Of a stretch of 64,000 nt of DNA, positions 27,660 to 37,679 are shown piece by piece. Positions within the stretch are counted from its first letter, which is position 1. Every line of letters starts with the position of its first letter. The position numbers were made by a program, and so were the translations under genes. The stretch is from contig DYLQ01000005.1 of the NCBI GenBank assembly GCA_020722015.1, positions 8,453 to 72,452 on the forward strand, read 5' to 3'. This DNA comes from Thermotoga sp. GTDB lineage: Bacteria; Thermotogota; Thermotogae; Mesoaciditogales; Mesoaciditogaceae. The notes under the pieces were generated by a model. The model searched no databases. It saw only the letters and a list, made by a program, of their open reading frames with translations, and was not told the origin of the DNA.

Positions 27660-29825
27660 TCAGACACTTTTGAAATGCATCAGTACACTTTTAAAGTCCC
27701 CAAGTGTGTGTGGGATCGTAATTCCTTCGAAGGTAAGTTCGTCTCCGCCGTAAATTTCATCTGTGCCTTCCAATTTGTAGTTTTTTTCCGTTGATATGCC
27801 TTTGAGTCTTAACCTTGTGCTTTTTGAATTCGGTGTTCCGAGTATTTTGAAGTGATAAAGCAGAAATTCATTCTTTTCTTCATCTATTATCATCCATGCG
27901 GCTTCATTTCCGTCGAAAGGACTTAATAGTCTGTAAAAATTTCCGAATTGGATCAATTTTCTTAATTTCTTGTATTCTGAAATATATGCTTTAATTTTTG
28001 ACTTTTCATCGCTTGAAAGTTTTGTCAGATCAAGTTCAAAACCCATATTTGCACTCATGACAACATGTGCTCTGGCATCTATCGATGTCATTCTCCCTAC
28101 TTGGTGATTCGGAATATCGGATATATGACTTCCCATCATGATTTGCGGATAAACGTAACTTGTCCCGTACTGAATTTTAAGTCTTTCCATGGCATCGGTA
28201 TCGTCACTTGTCCATGTCTGCGGCATGTAATAGAACATGCCGGGATCGAATCTTCCCCCACCTCCTGCGCAACTTTCAAACAGTACATCCGGAAAAGACG
28301 ATGTTATCACATCTATGACATTGTAAAGACCCAAAATATATCTGTGTGCCGTCTCCCTTTGCCTATCGTCAGGCAACAAATCGGATCCTATTTCAGTCAT
28401 ATTCCTGTTCATGTCCCATTTCACATAACTTATGTTTGCGCTTCTCAAAAGTTTCGATATCGTCTCTACCATGTAATCACGCACATCTTGTCTTGAGAAA
28501 TCCAAAACAAGTTGGTTTCTGCTTAAATTTCTTTCTCTTCCTTTTACATGAATACACCAATCCGGATGCAATCTGTAAAGATCGCTATTCGGCGATACCA
28601 TTTCCGGTTCAATCCACAAACCGAATTGAAGTCCGATATCGTTTATCTTTTTGGCAAGGCCATTGAGCCCTTCCGGTAATTTTCTTCTGTCGACAAACCA
28701 ATCGCCGAGAGAAGAATTATCGGCATCTCTCCTTCCGAACCATCCGTCATCAAGAACGAAAAGTTCTATGCCGACTGCCTTTGCTGCTTTTGCGATGTCA
28801 AGTAATTTTTCCTCGTTGAAATTGAAATAAGTTGCTTCCCAATTGTTCACCAATATCGGTCTTACCATATCCCTGTACTTGCCACGTGCAAGTCTTGATC
28901 TGTAGAGTTTATGGTATGTTTGAGACATTCCGTTGAAACCTTCAGATGAATAGGTTATGACAGTTTCAGGAGTCTGAAATGTTTCAAGTGGTTCTAAAAG
29001 CCATGAAAAGTCAAATGGATTTATTCCAATAGACACTCTCGCGGTTTCATACTGACCAACTTCAACCTGAGCAAGAAAATTCCCACTGTAAACAAGGCTG
29101 AATCCGTAAACGTCACCTTCTGATTCATTTGTGTCCTTTTTGGCCAGCGCTATAAATGGATTTTGTTGATGACTGCTTGCACCTCTTCGGCTTTCGATGG
29201 ATTGTATTCCAGACACAAGGTGTCTTTTTACGATATGTCTTTCACGTGCCCATGCACCGGAAAGTTGAATCATGACGAAATCATCGTCTTCAAAATCGAC
29301 ACTCGCACTTAATGCCCTTAGTATTCTAATTTTTTGGGGGCTTTCGTTTTTGAATTTTACACTTCTTGTAATAGCTTGGAATTTTTCAAATACGGTATAG
29401 GTTAAAGTTACACCTAACTTTCCAACTACGTCATTCAAATAAATTTCAAGAGTTTGGGCCTCACCGTCACTTTCGACGTAAGTTGCCGGCATTCCGTCTA
29501 ATTTTGGTTTTCCGTTGTAAATTTTGTGGCCTGTGTACTTCAGATCCGAAACTGTAGAACCATCTTCGAATTGCACCTGATAAGCAGGCGCTCTGAAATC
29601 GGTTGCACCGTAAGCGGGATATTCTTGAGGAAGAAGTTCAAGAGAAAGATTCGGACCATAGGCCATTTTGTATAAATCGGTGATATGATCGATCTTCAAT
29701 CCTTTTATCTTTCTACCCCAATAGGCATGGCATAACCTGTCATTTTTATCTATGTACATCGTGTACTGCATATCTCTTGAAAAAAGGTTAAAGGTCTTTG
29801 TGGATTCATCAAAATATATCGGCAT
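27660..29825 (-). CDS. alpha-galactosidase, GH36
   Basis: NNWEATYFNF, LFVLDDGWFG, FGLWIEPEMV, YVKWDMNR, ESCAGGGGRFD, WTSDDTD; GAGGAG SD before ATG 29825. Confidence 0.95.
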   Translation of the reverse strand: MPIYFDESTKTFNLFSRDMQYTMYIDKNDRLCHAYWGRKIKGLKIDHITDLYKMAYGPNLSLELLPQEYPAYGATDFRAPAYQVQFEDGSTVSDLKYTGHKIYNGKPKLDGMPATYVESDGEAQTLEIYLNDVVGKLGVTLTYTVFEKFQAITRSVKFKNESPQKIRILRALSASVDFEDDDFVMIQLSGAWARERHIVKRHLVSGIQSIESRRGASSHQQNPFIALAKKDTNESEGDVYGFSLVYSGNFLAQVEVGQYETARVSIGINPFDFSWLLEPLETFQTPETVITYSSEGFNGMSQTYHKLYRSRLARGKYRDMVRPILVNNWEATYFNFNEEKLLDIAKAAKAVGIELFVLDDGWFGRRDADNSSLGDWFVDRRKLPEGLNGLAKKINDIGLQFGLWIEPEMVSPNSDLYRLHPDWCIHVKGRERNLSRNQLVLDFSRQDVRDYMVETISKLLRSANISYVKWDMNRNMTEIGSDLLPDDRQRETAHRYILGLYNVIDVITSSFPDVLFESCAGGGGRFDPGMFYYMPQTWTSDDTDAMERLKIQYGTSYVYPQIMMGSHISDIPNHQVGRMTSIDARAHVVMSANMGFELDLTKLSSDEKSKIKAYISEYKKLRKLIQFGNFYRLLSPFDGNEAAWMIIDEEKNEFLLYHFKILGTPNSKSTRLRLKGISTEKNYKLEGTDEIYGGDELTFEGITIPHTLGDFKSVLMHFKSV

Positions 29826-29827
29826 AT

Positions 29828-30721
29828 TCACTCCTCGAACTTGACTTTAAAAACTTCAGGTGGGAAAACACTTCTTCTGTAATGACAATACGGGACTTTG
29901 TGAGTTTTATCGTAATAATCCTGATGATAATCTTCCGCAAGCCAAAAATCAGCGGCTTTTCGTATTTCCGTCGCAACAACTCTTCCCATTTGTTGTAGTT
30001 CCTTTTTAACCGATTCTGCAATTTGTCTTTGATCTTCATCCGTATAAAAGATGACGCTTTTGTATTGTTCGCCTATATCTGGCCCTTGACCGTCAAACTG
30101 CGAAAAATCATGAATTTCAAAGAAAAATCTCACAAGATTTGCGTAATCGACCATGGATGTGTTGTATATCACCTCTGCCGTTTCGAAATGTCCTGTGGTA
30201 CCGGTACACACTTGCTGATAGGTGGGATTTTTTGTCTTACCTCCCATGTAACCAACTCTTGTATCAAGAACTCCGTTGAATTTTTTGAACATGTACTCAG
30301 TACCCCAGAAGCATCCTGCGGCAAAAAATGCCCTGTTTCTCTGAATTTTCTGTCCATTTGGTACGAATTCCATCGATACGGAATTAACACAGTGCCTCAC
30401 GTTTTTTGAAGTGTAACCTTCTCCTTCAAAAACATGGCCTAAATGTGCTCCGCAGTAAGCGCATGTTATTTCCGTTCTTTGACCGTCAGCGTCTGATTGT
30501 CGTCTCACGGCACCTGGTATCTCTTCATCGAAACTTGGCCACCCACAATCAGATTTGAATTTACTGCTTGATTTGTAAAGCGGTAATCCACATCTCTTAC
30601 AAACATAGGTACCATTTTCATAGAAATCGTTGTATTTGCCCGTGAAAGGCTTTTCCGTTCCTTTGTTGATTATAACGAATTCTTCGTATGGATCGAGTTT
30701 CTTAAGAATGTCTTTTTTCAT
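29828..30721 (-). CDS. msrAB: peptide-methionine sulfoxide reductase MsrB-MsrA fusion
   Basis: MsrB: GWPSF, HLGHVF, RHCVNS; MsrA: AAGCFWG, AEDYHQDY. Confidence 0.95.
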   Translation of the reverse strand: MKKDILKKLDPYEEFVIINKGTEKPFTGKYNDFYENGTYVCKRCGLPLYKSSSKFKSDCGWPSFDEEIPGAVRRQSDADGQRTEITCAYCGAHLGHVFEGEGYTSKNVRHCVNSVSMEFVPNGQKIQRNRAFFAAGCFWGTEYMFKKFNGVLDTRVGYMGGKTKNPTYQQVCTGTTGHFETAEVIYNTSMVDYANLVRFFFEIHDFSQFDGQGPDIGEQYKSVIFYTDEDQRQIAESVKKELQQMGRVVATEIRKAADFWLAEDYHQDYYDKTHKVPYCHYRRSVFPPEVFKVKFEE

Positions 30722-30923
30722 TTTTCTTCCGACGTGTATATCGCATCCTCTGTATGGTAAGAAGAAACGCCGGCCTCCCTTCTGTTAAGAACATTAGAAT
30801 CGAATCTTCTTTATTATATAATAAAACAATGCTTAAAGTTTGTCTCAGGCTTTAGGAAGCGAGGGGAAGAATCCTCCCAATTTCAATGGGGAGTAGTTCA
30901 CGATACTGAATAAGGAGGGGTAA

Positions 30924-31706
30924 ATGAAAATAGGAGTTATAGGCGTTGGAAATATAGGAACGATAATAGCGGATGCCTTCAGTGATGGCAAGCACGATCT
31001 CGTACTTGTGAACAGAAGAACGGCAAAATTAAGAAAATTTGAAGGAAAAGCTCTTATTTTCTCGAAAATAGAAGAAATGCCGGATGTGGATGTGTTGTTT
31101 TTTTGCGTAAAACCGCAAGATGCACCGAATGCCCTCAAAAGGATCAAAAAATCAAAGGATATGATAACGATAAGTACCGTGACCGGTTTAAATATATCCA
31201 CCATGAAAGCTCATCTTAACGGTGAAGTCGTTAGAATCATGCCCAATATCCCCATATCCATAGGAAAGGGCGTTGTCGGCATTGCGTATTCCGAAGGATT
31301 TACCGACGAGAAAAAACAAATGGTTAGATCTCTACTTTCAGGTTTTGGAGTACTTGTGGACATAGATGAAAAAGATTTTGCGGCTGTAACGGCTTTAAGC
31401 GGTAGTGGGCCTGCATTCATTTTCGTCATAATAGAAGCACTTGTTGATGCGGGCATGAAACTTGGCCTTTCTTACGATACATCCATGGAACTTGTCGTAG
31501 AAACGATAAAGGGATCGGCAGAGTTACTTCAAAGGGAAGGAAAACATCCCGGAGAATTTCGCCATCTTGTGACATCTCCTGGAGGAACGACGATAGAGGG
31601 AATATATTCTCTTGAACGTGAAGGATTGAGGGGAATACTCATGAAGATGATCTTTGATACTTACAAAAAAGCGATAGAATTGCAAGGTGATTCACGTGAA
31701 AATTGA
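30924..31706 (+). CDS. proC: pyrroline-5-carboxylate reductase
   Basis: GVGNIG, VKPQ, RIMPN, ALSGSGPAF, VTSPGGTT. Confidence 0.95.
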   Translation: MKIGVIGVGNIGTIIADAFSDGKHDLVLVNRRTAKLRKFEGKALIFSKIEEMPDVDVLFFCVKPQDAPNALKRIKKSKDMITISTVTGLNISTMKAHLNGEVVRIMPNIPISIGKGVVGIAYSEGFTDEKKQMVRSLLSGFGVLVDIDEKDFAAVTALSGSGPAFIFVIIEALVDAGMKLGLSYDTSMELVVETIKGSAELLQREGKHPGEFRHLVTSPGGTTIEGIYSLEREGLRGILMKMIFDTYKKAIELQGDSREN

Positions 31707-32940
31707 AGAACTTGCGAAAAAAGTTTCGGAAGCGAAAACAAAAGTTGGACTTCAGAGTACTCAAAAGAAAAATGACGCTTTACGATCTATTGGCGTTGCC
31801 ATCGACAAAAACAGGAAATTTATCCTTGATAATAACAAAGCGGATGTTGAAGCTGCCCGAGAAAAAGGATTTCAGGAATCCATCATTGATAGATTGCTCT
31901 TAAACGACAAGAGAATCGATTCAATGATAGAATCTATAGATAAAGTCATCGATCTCGATGATCCCGTTGGCAAGATTGAAAACGGGTGGACACTTTCAAA
32001 TGGTTTGATGATAACCAAGATAAAAGTTCCGATAGGCGCTATTGGCATGATATACGAAGGAAGGCCTAACGTAACGGTCGATTCAACGATTTTGTGTTTA
32101 AAAAGCGGAAACACGGTGCTTCTGAAAGGCAGCAGTTCGGCTCAAAATAGCAATAAAGCGCTTGTTGATGTTATAAAATCAGGCCTCAAGTCGGCAGACT
32201 TCCCACAAAATGCCGTTGAACTCATTGAAGATACATCTCATGATGCCGTCAGTGAGATGATAAAGATGAAAGCGTATCTTGATCTTGTGATTCCAAGGGG
32301 AGGAAGATCTTTGATAGATTTTGTCGTTCAAAATGCCACAGTTCCAACTCTTGAAACAGGCACCGGGAATTGTCACATCTTTGTCGACGAATCGGCCAAT
32401 TTTGAAATGGCACTGAAGATAATAGAAAACGCTAAGGTTCAGAGGCCTGGAACATGCAATGCCGCAGAAAAAGTTCTGATCCACCAAAAAATCGCTAAAA
32501 TCTTCCTTCCAATGCTTTACGACAAACTCAAAAGGTCAGATGTCGAAATGAGAGGATGCGACGAGTCTTTGAAAATCGTTCCATCTATGAAAAAAGCCAC
32601 ACAGGAAGATTGGTCGACGGAATATCTCGATCTCATACTCGGAATAAAGATCGTAAAAGATGTCGACGAAGCAATTGAGCACATATCAAAATATGGAACT
32701 GGACATTCAGAATCAATAATAACAAACGATTACAATCATGCTTTGAAATTCACGCGTAGTGTGGATGCTGCCGCGGTGTATGTTAACGCATCTACGAGAT
32801 TTACAGACGGCGGAGAATTCGGATTTGGAGCTGAAATAGGAATAAGTACTCAAAAACTTCATGCCCGCGGTCCCGTAGGCTTAAACGAACTCACATCTTA
32901 CAAATACGTCATTTACGGCGAAGGGCAGGTAAGATCGTGA
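31696..32940 (+). CDS. proA: gamma-glutamyl phosphate reductase
   Basis: IYEGRPNVT, PRGGRSLI, GNCHIFVD, CNAAE, NASTRFTDGGEFGFGAEIGISTQKLHARGP. Confidence 0.96.
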   Translation: MKIEELAKKVSEAKTKVGLQSTQKKNDALRSIGVAIDKNRKFILDNNKADVEAAREKGFQESIIDRLLLNDKRIDSMIESIDKVIDLDDPVGKIENGWTLSNGLMITKIKVPIGAIGMIYEGRPNVTVDSTILCLKSGNTVLLKGSSSAQNSNKALVDVIKSGLKSADFPQNAVELIEDTSHDAVSEMIKMKAYLDLVIPRGGRSLIDFVVQNATVPTLETGTGNCHIFVDESANFEMALKIIENAKVQRPGTCNAAEKVLIHQKIAKIFLPMLYDKLKRSDVEMRGCDESLKIVPSMKKATQEDWSTEYLDLILGIKIVKDVDEAIEHISKYGTGHSESIITNDYNHALKFTRSVDAAAVYVNASTRFTDGGEFGFGAEIGISTQKLHARGPVGLNELTSYKYVIYGEGQVRS

Positions 32941-33962
32941 AATGCGTTGTTAAGTTCGGAAGCAATCTTCTCGTTGGAAAAGACGGTAAAATAGACAGAG
33001 CTTTTGTAAGAAAAGTGGCATTTGAGGTTTCGAAAGCGATAGACCAAGGCCATGAAATTTTCATAGTTTCTTCCGGGGCAAAAGCGGGCGGATATGGAAT
33101 ACTAAAATCAAAAGGTGTGAAGCTTTCTGAGAAACAAGCACTTTGTGCCGTTGGTCAAATAGAGCTCATGAAGATTTATTCAGAAGAGTTTCAAAAATTC
33201 GATAAAGCAGTGGCGCAATTACTTTTAACAAGAGAAGACTTTGCAAACAGAAAAAGATTTTTGAACATCATGAACACGATAAATTCTCTGAAGCATTTTG
33301 GTGTTATTCCCATAGTGAATGAAAATGATACGGTCGCAACTGAAGAGATCAAAGTTGGAGATAACGATACGCTCTCTGCCTATCTATCAATCGGACTTAA
33401 GGCCGATATGCTCGTGCTTTTTTCCGTTGTGGATGGTGTTCTTGACGAGAACGGAAATGTGATCGGTGAATTTGATAATCGCAGAAATATAGCAAAACTT
33501 GGAAATACAAATTGGGGAAGTGGAGGGATATCCACAAAGATAAAGGCTGGTAAAATGGCTGCAGATGCGGGCGTTACAGCGATCATAACGAATGGAAAAA
33601 AGATGAATTTGATACAGATGTTGAACGGAAATACAGAAGGAACGATCTTCAGACCGTCGAAGAAATTGAACGCAAAAAAGGCATGGATTGGTTTTGTTAC
33701 CCGACCTAAGGGGAAGATTTACGTAGATGACGGTGCCAAAGAGGCTATTTTCAGAGGGAAAAGTCTCTTACCGGTAGGATCTACATCTTGCGAGGGTATC
33801 TTTTCCAAGGATGATACCGTCGAGATAATCAACGGAGATCAAGTCATCGCCATAGGAATTGTCAATTATTCCAGTCGCACGATAGAAAAAATGATTAACG
33901 AAAAGACAAGAGACCTTGATGAACTTTGTCATGCCGATAAAATCATGGTATTGATAAAATGA
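32937..33962 (+). CDS. proB: glutamate 5-kinase with PUA domain
   Basis: VVKFGSN, VSSGA, IVNENDTV, GDNDTLSA, GGISTKIKA. Confidence 0.95.
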   Translation: MKCVVKFGSNLLVGKDGKIDRAFVRKVAFEVSKAIDQGHEIFIVSSGAKAGGYGILKSKGVKLSEKQALCAVGQIELMKIYSEEFQKFDKAVAQLLLTREDFANRKRFLNIMNTINSLKHFGVIPIVNENDTVATEEIKVGDNDTLSAYLSIGLKADMLVLFSVVDGVLDENGNVIGEFDNRRNIAKLGNTNWGSGGISTKIKAGKMAADAGVTAIITNGKKMNLIQMLNGNTEGTIFRPSKKLNAKKAWIGFVTRPKGKIYVDDGAKEAIFRGKSLLPVGSTSCEGIFSKDDTVEIINGDQVIAIGIVNYSSRTIEKMINEKTRDLDELCHADKIMVLIK

Positions 33963-34927
33963 GAAAAATGCTTCTGCTTTTTAACTTTTTGACTTTTGCG
34001 TTGTCGGCCTTTTCGTGGGAGGTCTTTTTTAACGCACCTCCGGATCCGATCCGGCTTAAACACTCTGTAATTGAGCTCATAGATTCAGCTCGTAAGTCCG
34101 TTCATGTCTCCATTTACAGTCTTGACGATGAAGATGTGATCTCACTCTTGAGGGTAAAATCCCTTGAAGGGCTTGATGTAAAGATCGTCATGGAAGGCGA
34201 AAATTACGTTGAAAACATCAAAATGCTTCATGATCTTGATATCGTCGCAGATCCTTTGGACAACGGTCTTATGCACTCAAAATACATCTTAGTGGATGGT
34301 CGATACGTATGGTTCGGCTCCACGAATTTGACAGATTCGGGGTTTTACCATGATTTTAACAATTCCATGATCTTTGAATCGTCGGAGCTCGCTGATATTT
34401 TTGAAAAAGATTTTCAAAAGATGAGAGACGGATACTTTGAAAGCTCAAAAGATGATGAATCTGCAACCGTATTGGCCGATAACGTGATGATGAAAGTGTG
34501 TTTTTCACCGTCTGAAGAAACATTTGAATCAGTCCTAGAAATGCTCAAAGGCGCTAAATCGGAAGTCGATGTTGCCATCTATTCCTTTTCGGATCCAAGA
34601 ATTGCACTTGTGCTTACCGCCCTTGATCAAAAAGGAATTAAAGTGAGAATAGTTTCGGATGAAAGCTGGAATTCATCTTCTTACAGTTTTATCCCCGAGA
34701 TGAAAGAATTTTCTTTCATCAAAAACATTAAAGTCAAAGGCGGACTCCTTCATCACAAGTACATCATAATAGATCCGCACGGTAAAAAGCCGATTGTCAT
34801 AACCGGATCTTACAATCTGACTCTTTCGGCAGAAAGAAAAAATGACGAAGATGTCGTCGTTATTTTTTCAAAAGATGTTGCGTTAAAATATCTTGAAAAT
34901 TTCGAAACACTTTACAAAATGGATTAA
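33959..34927 (+). CDS. exported phospholipase D-superfamily protein
   Basis: Signal peptide; two HxKxxxxD motifs (HSKYILVD, HHKYIIID) with GSTN/GSYN. Confidence 0.88.
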   Translation: MRKMLLLFNFLTFALSAFSWEVFFNAPPDPIRLKHSVIELIDSARKSVHVSIYSLDDEDVISLLRVKSLEGLDVKIVMEGENYVENIKMLHDLDIVADPLDNGLMHSKYILVDGRYVWFGSTNLTDSGFYHDFNNSMIFESSELADIFEKDFQKMRDGYFESSKDDESATVLADNVMMKVCFSPSEETFESVLEMLKGAKSEVDVAIYSFSDPRIALVLTALDQKGIKVRIVSDESWNSSSYSFIPEMKEFSFIKNIKVKGGLLHHKYIIIDPHGKKPIVITGSYNLTLSAERKNDEDVVVIFSKDVALKYLENFETLYKMD

Positions 34928-34939
34928 AGATGTTATAAT
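34911..34939 (+). promoter_or_regulatory. promoter of the 34971 gene
   Basis: TTTACA-N17-TATAAT with TGn extension. Confidence 0.65.
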
Positions 34940-34970
34940 TTCATAAATTTAAATAAGGGGGGATTGGGAT

Positions 34971-35432
34971 ATGAGAATTTTTCTTGCTGTTTTGCTGATG
35001 GTTCTTGTAGCAGGCATTATGAGTTTTGCGTTGATGATCGGATTTACGGATGGGGTAGTTTCTTATGCAATTTCTGTTGGAATGGAATTAACTCCTTCTA
35101 CTTTTGCTTACGCCGGCTTTTCTTTTCCTCTTGGAGCGATGATCGGTGGTGGAATGAAACTCGGAGATCTTTACAACTTCGATTTCGGTAAAGCCACAAA
35201 TGGTCAGGAAATAGGCACTTTGAACATCGGATATGGTGCCATTGCTGATGCTGAACTTGACGCTTTTTACGGTTTTTCCCCTGCCATTTTTGTTGGCCCG
35301 GGCATAATCTTAAGCGCTAATTTGCCTGTTGTAAGCAGTAGAATGCTTTCCTACACGGCAATAGGATTAGGATGGCCTTTGGGACACTTACCGAGGTTCA
35401 GCTGGACAACAGGTTGGTTCTACGTTTTTTAA
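34971..35432 (+). CDS. hypothetical exported protein, possible small beta-barrel
   Basis: Signal peptide, Gly/aromatic-rich, ends GWFYVF; own promoter and terminator. Confidence 0.65.
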   Translation: MRIFLAVLLMVLVAGIMSFALMIGFTDGVVSYAISVGMELTPSTFAYAGFSFPLGAMIGGGMKLGDLYNFDFGKATNGQEIGTLNIGYGAIADAELDAFYGFSPAIFVGPGIILSANLPVVSSRMLSYTAIGLGWPLGHLPRFSWTTGWFYVF

Positions 35433-35447
35433 ATTGATTCTGATCAT

Positions 35448-35476
35448 AAAAGTCCTCTCAAAAGAGAGGACTTTTT
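35448..35476 (+). terminator. intrinsic terminator
   Basis: AAAAGTCCTCT...AGAGGACTTTT followed by T. Confidence 0.85.
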
Positions 35477-35517
35477 ATATGCCGTATCTTTTGATTCGGA
35501 ATTTGAGTATAATTGAG

Positions 35518-35671
35518 TATATTCTAAATCTTTTTTAAAGCCAACATGTAAATTCAAATTTGACGGAGAGCAAATTGCCTTGCAGGTGGCCTCCGCAGCG
35601 AAGCGAGGACCAGACACCGAAAGGTAATTGCTGAAGTCAAATGACTTCACTTTTAAAGTTGGTTCAGTATA
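35518..35671. repeat. ~150-bp TATA-bounded element, copy B
   Basis: 35556-35649 identical to 40506-40599. Confidence 0.92.
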
Positions 35672-35694
35672 TAATCGATCGAAGAGGTGATCGG

Positions 35695-36333
35695 ATGAAA
35701 AAAGTGATGTTGCTTTTTATTTTGATCTTTTCAATTCTCTCGATCTCAATTTTCGCAAGCGGTCAAATCGTCGTTGATAAAGTTTTGACAGGTAAGACCA
35801 TAGTTTTGGATCCCGGAAATGGGGGTACGGATCCCGGTGCGATAGGTCCGACGGGCTTGCTTGAGAAAGGCATAAATTTAAAGGTTGCCCTTGATCTTGC
35901 TCAGTTGTTGAAAATTCAAGGGGCAAATGTCATTCTGACACGTGCTACGGATACTTATGTGCCTCTCAAACAGAGAGTAGATATAGCCAACCAGGCAAGT
36001 GCAGATCTTTTCATATCGATCGCTCACAATTCCATTCAAGGTGCTCCGAGCGTCGACAGACCTCAGATTTTCTACTGGAGCACATCCAACTCTTCCAAAC
36101 TCGCTGCCGACATATTCCTCAAAGCATTTGAAAGATTTTTTGGCACAAATGGTGATCTGATAAGAGAAGAATTCACAATTCTAAGATATGCCACGGTTCC
36201 GGCTATTCTTGTCGAACCGTGTTTTATGTCCAATCCGTCAAGAGAGATATGGTTAAAGAGCGCCAAAAATCTCTGGCGCGAGGCCGTGATTTACGATATG
36301 GCGGTGCTTGAATATTTCGAGAGTCAATCATAA
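35695..36333 (+). CDS. N-acetylmuramoyl-L-alanine amidase (Amidase_3) homolog with altered Zn ligands
   Basis: Signal peptide; IVLDPGNGG, EKGINL, LTRATD, SIAHNS, ILVEPCFMSN; AGAGGTGA SD before ATG 35695. Confidence 0.82.
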   Translation: MKKVMLLFILIFSILSISIFASGQIVVDKVLTGKTIVLDPGNGGTDPGAIGPTGLLEKGINLKVALDLAQLLKIQGANVILTRATDTYVPLKQRVDIANQASADLFISIAHNSIQGAPSVDRPQIFYWSTSNSSKLAADIFLKAFERFFGTNGDLIREEFTILRYATVPAILVEPCFMSNPSREIWLKSAKNLWREAVIYDMAVLEYFESQS

Positions 36334-36906
36334 TCCTATGGTGAATTTTCTTGTGCCGGGCTTGACTAACGGAACTTTATCTTTGCATAAGGGACATTCT
36401 TCTGCTTTGTAATTGTTCAAAGGTAATTCGATGAGCGTTTTTATGGGAAATCCGTTTATTTCGTTTAAATTTCCCCTGTTTGCGATTGAAGCGGTACAAA
36501 CTGTCGGAGCACCGTATTCATGAAGCAGTTCCATCACCTCTTTCGTTGACTTTCCGGTTGTTATCACATCTTCGACTATCGCGATTCTTTTAAATTGTGA
36601 CGGATCAAAATCTCTTCTGAATCTCATCGTACCGTCGTCGGTCCTTTCGGCAAAAAGAAATGGAACGTTGAGATGTTTCGATACTTCGTATCCTATTATG
36701 ATTCCTCCTATTGCCGGCGAAACTACACAATCGGGATTGTAAGCAGAAATTTTAACAGAAATTCCATAACCCAATTCTTCAGCGTACCAAGGAAATTTCA
36801 ATGCTTTTGCACATTGTATGTATGAGTCCGAATGCAAGCCTGATGATAACAAAAAGTGCCCATGGATCAAAGCATCCGTGTCTTCAAGAATTTTTTTGTA
36901 GTCCAT
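36328..36906 (-). CDS. pyrE: orotate phosphoribosyltransferase
   Basis: GHFLLSSGLHSDSYIQC, IAIVEDVITTGKS. Confidence 0.95.
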   Translation of the reverse strand: MDYKKILEDTDALIHGHFLLSSGLHSDSYIQCAKALKFPWYAEELGYGISVKISAYNPDCVVSPAIGGIIIGYEVSKHLNVPFLFAERTDDGTMRFRRDFDPSQFKRIAIVEDVITTGKSTKEVMELLHEYGAPTVCTASIANRGNLNEINGFPIKTLIELPLNNYKAEECPLCKDKVPLVKPGTRKFTIGL

Positions 36907-36914
36907 ATTTCACC

Positions 36915-37679
36915 TCACAAAGCCAACATTTTGGAATATTCATACGCAGATTTCGACGGATCTTCCGAAAAAATTACGGCTCTTGAAATGTTCACGAGAA
37001 TTCTGTCATGTGCGATTGAATTCATGACGATTTCAACATCTCCGCCTTGTGTACCTATTCCCGGAATCAGGATAAGGCTCTCTTTTGATATTTGAGATAT
37101 CTCAGAAAGTTTTTCGGCGACAGTTGCACCAACGACAAGGCCGCAATTTCCATACTTTTTATTTTTATCATCGACAAATTCAGCGACTTTAGCGTAAAGC
37201 GGAGGTGTTCCGTGATATTCGAAATCAACGGCACTTTTATTGGATGAAAGACATACGACAAAAACATACCTGTCTTCATAGGCAAGAAATGGATCTATAG
37301 CATCCTCTCCCATGTATGGAGAAAGCGTTATGGCGTCGAAGTTGAAAAAGTCAAATGCTGCTTTCGCGTAAGCTCCGGCCGTTGATTCTATATCTCCGCG
37401 TTTAGCATCGTATATGACCGGAATGTCACCTATAAGATCGCGCGTCTTCAAAAGTGTATTCATTCCTTCAGAACCGAGAGCTTCGTAAAATGCGGAGTTG
37501 ATCTTATACGCACACGTCATATCTTTTGTTTTTTCGATGATCGATCTGTTGAACTCGTATACGCCTTGAGCATCTTTTGAAAATCCTTTCGGCAATTTTT
37601 CAACATCCGAATCAAGACCTATGGTTAAAACATTTCCAACCAGACGCATTCTGTTTCTTATCTTTTCTGTGAATTTCAT
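36915..37679 (-). CDS. pyrF: orotidine-5'-phosphate decarboxylase
   Basis: IGLD, YKINSAFYE, DAKRGDIEST, LIPGIGTQGG, NISRAV. Confidence 0.95.
   Translation of the reverse strand: MKFTEKIRNRMRLVGNVLTIGLDSDVEKLPKGFSKDAQGVYEFNRSIIEKTKDMTCAYKINSAFYEALGSEGMNTLLKTRDLIGDIPVIYDAKRGDIESTAGAYAKAAFDFFNFDAITLSPYMGEDAIDPFLAYEDRYVFVVCLSSNKSAVDFEYHGTPPLYAKVAEFVDDKNKKYGNCGLVVGATVAEKLSEISQISKESLILIPGIGTQGGDVEIVMNSIAHDRILVNISRAVIFSEDPSKSAYEYSKMLAL

Noticed and set aside
30722-30923. T-box riboswitch upstream of proCAB
   Set aside because: No GGTGGNACC T-box motif or terminator; the available leader is too short
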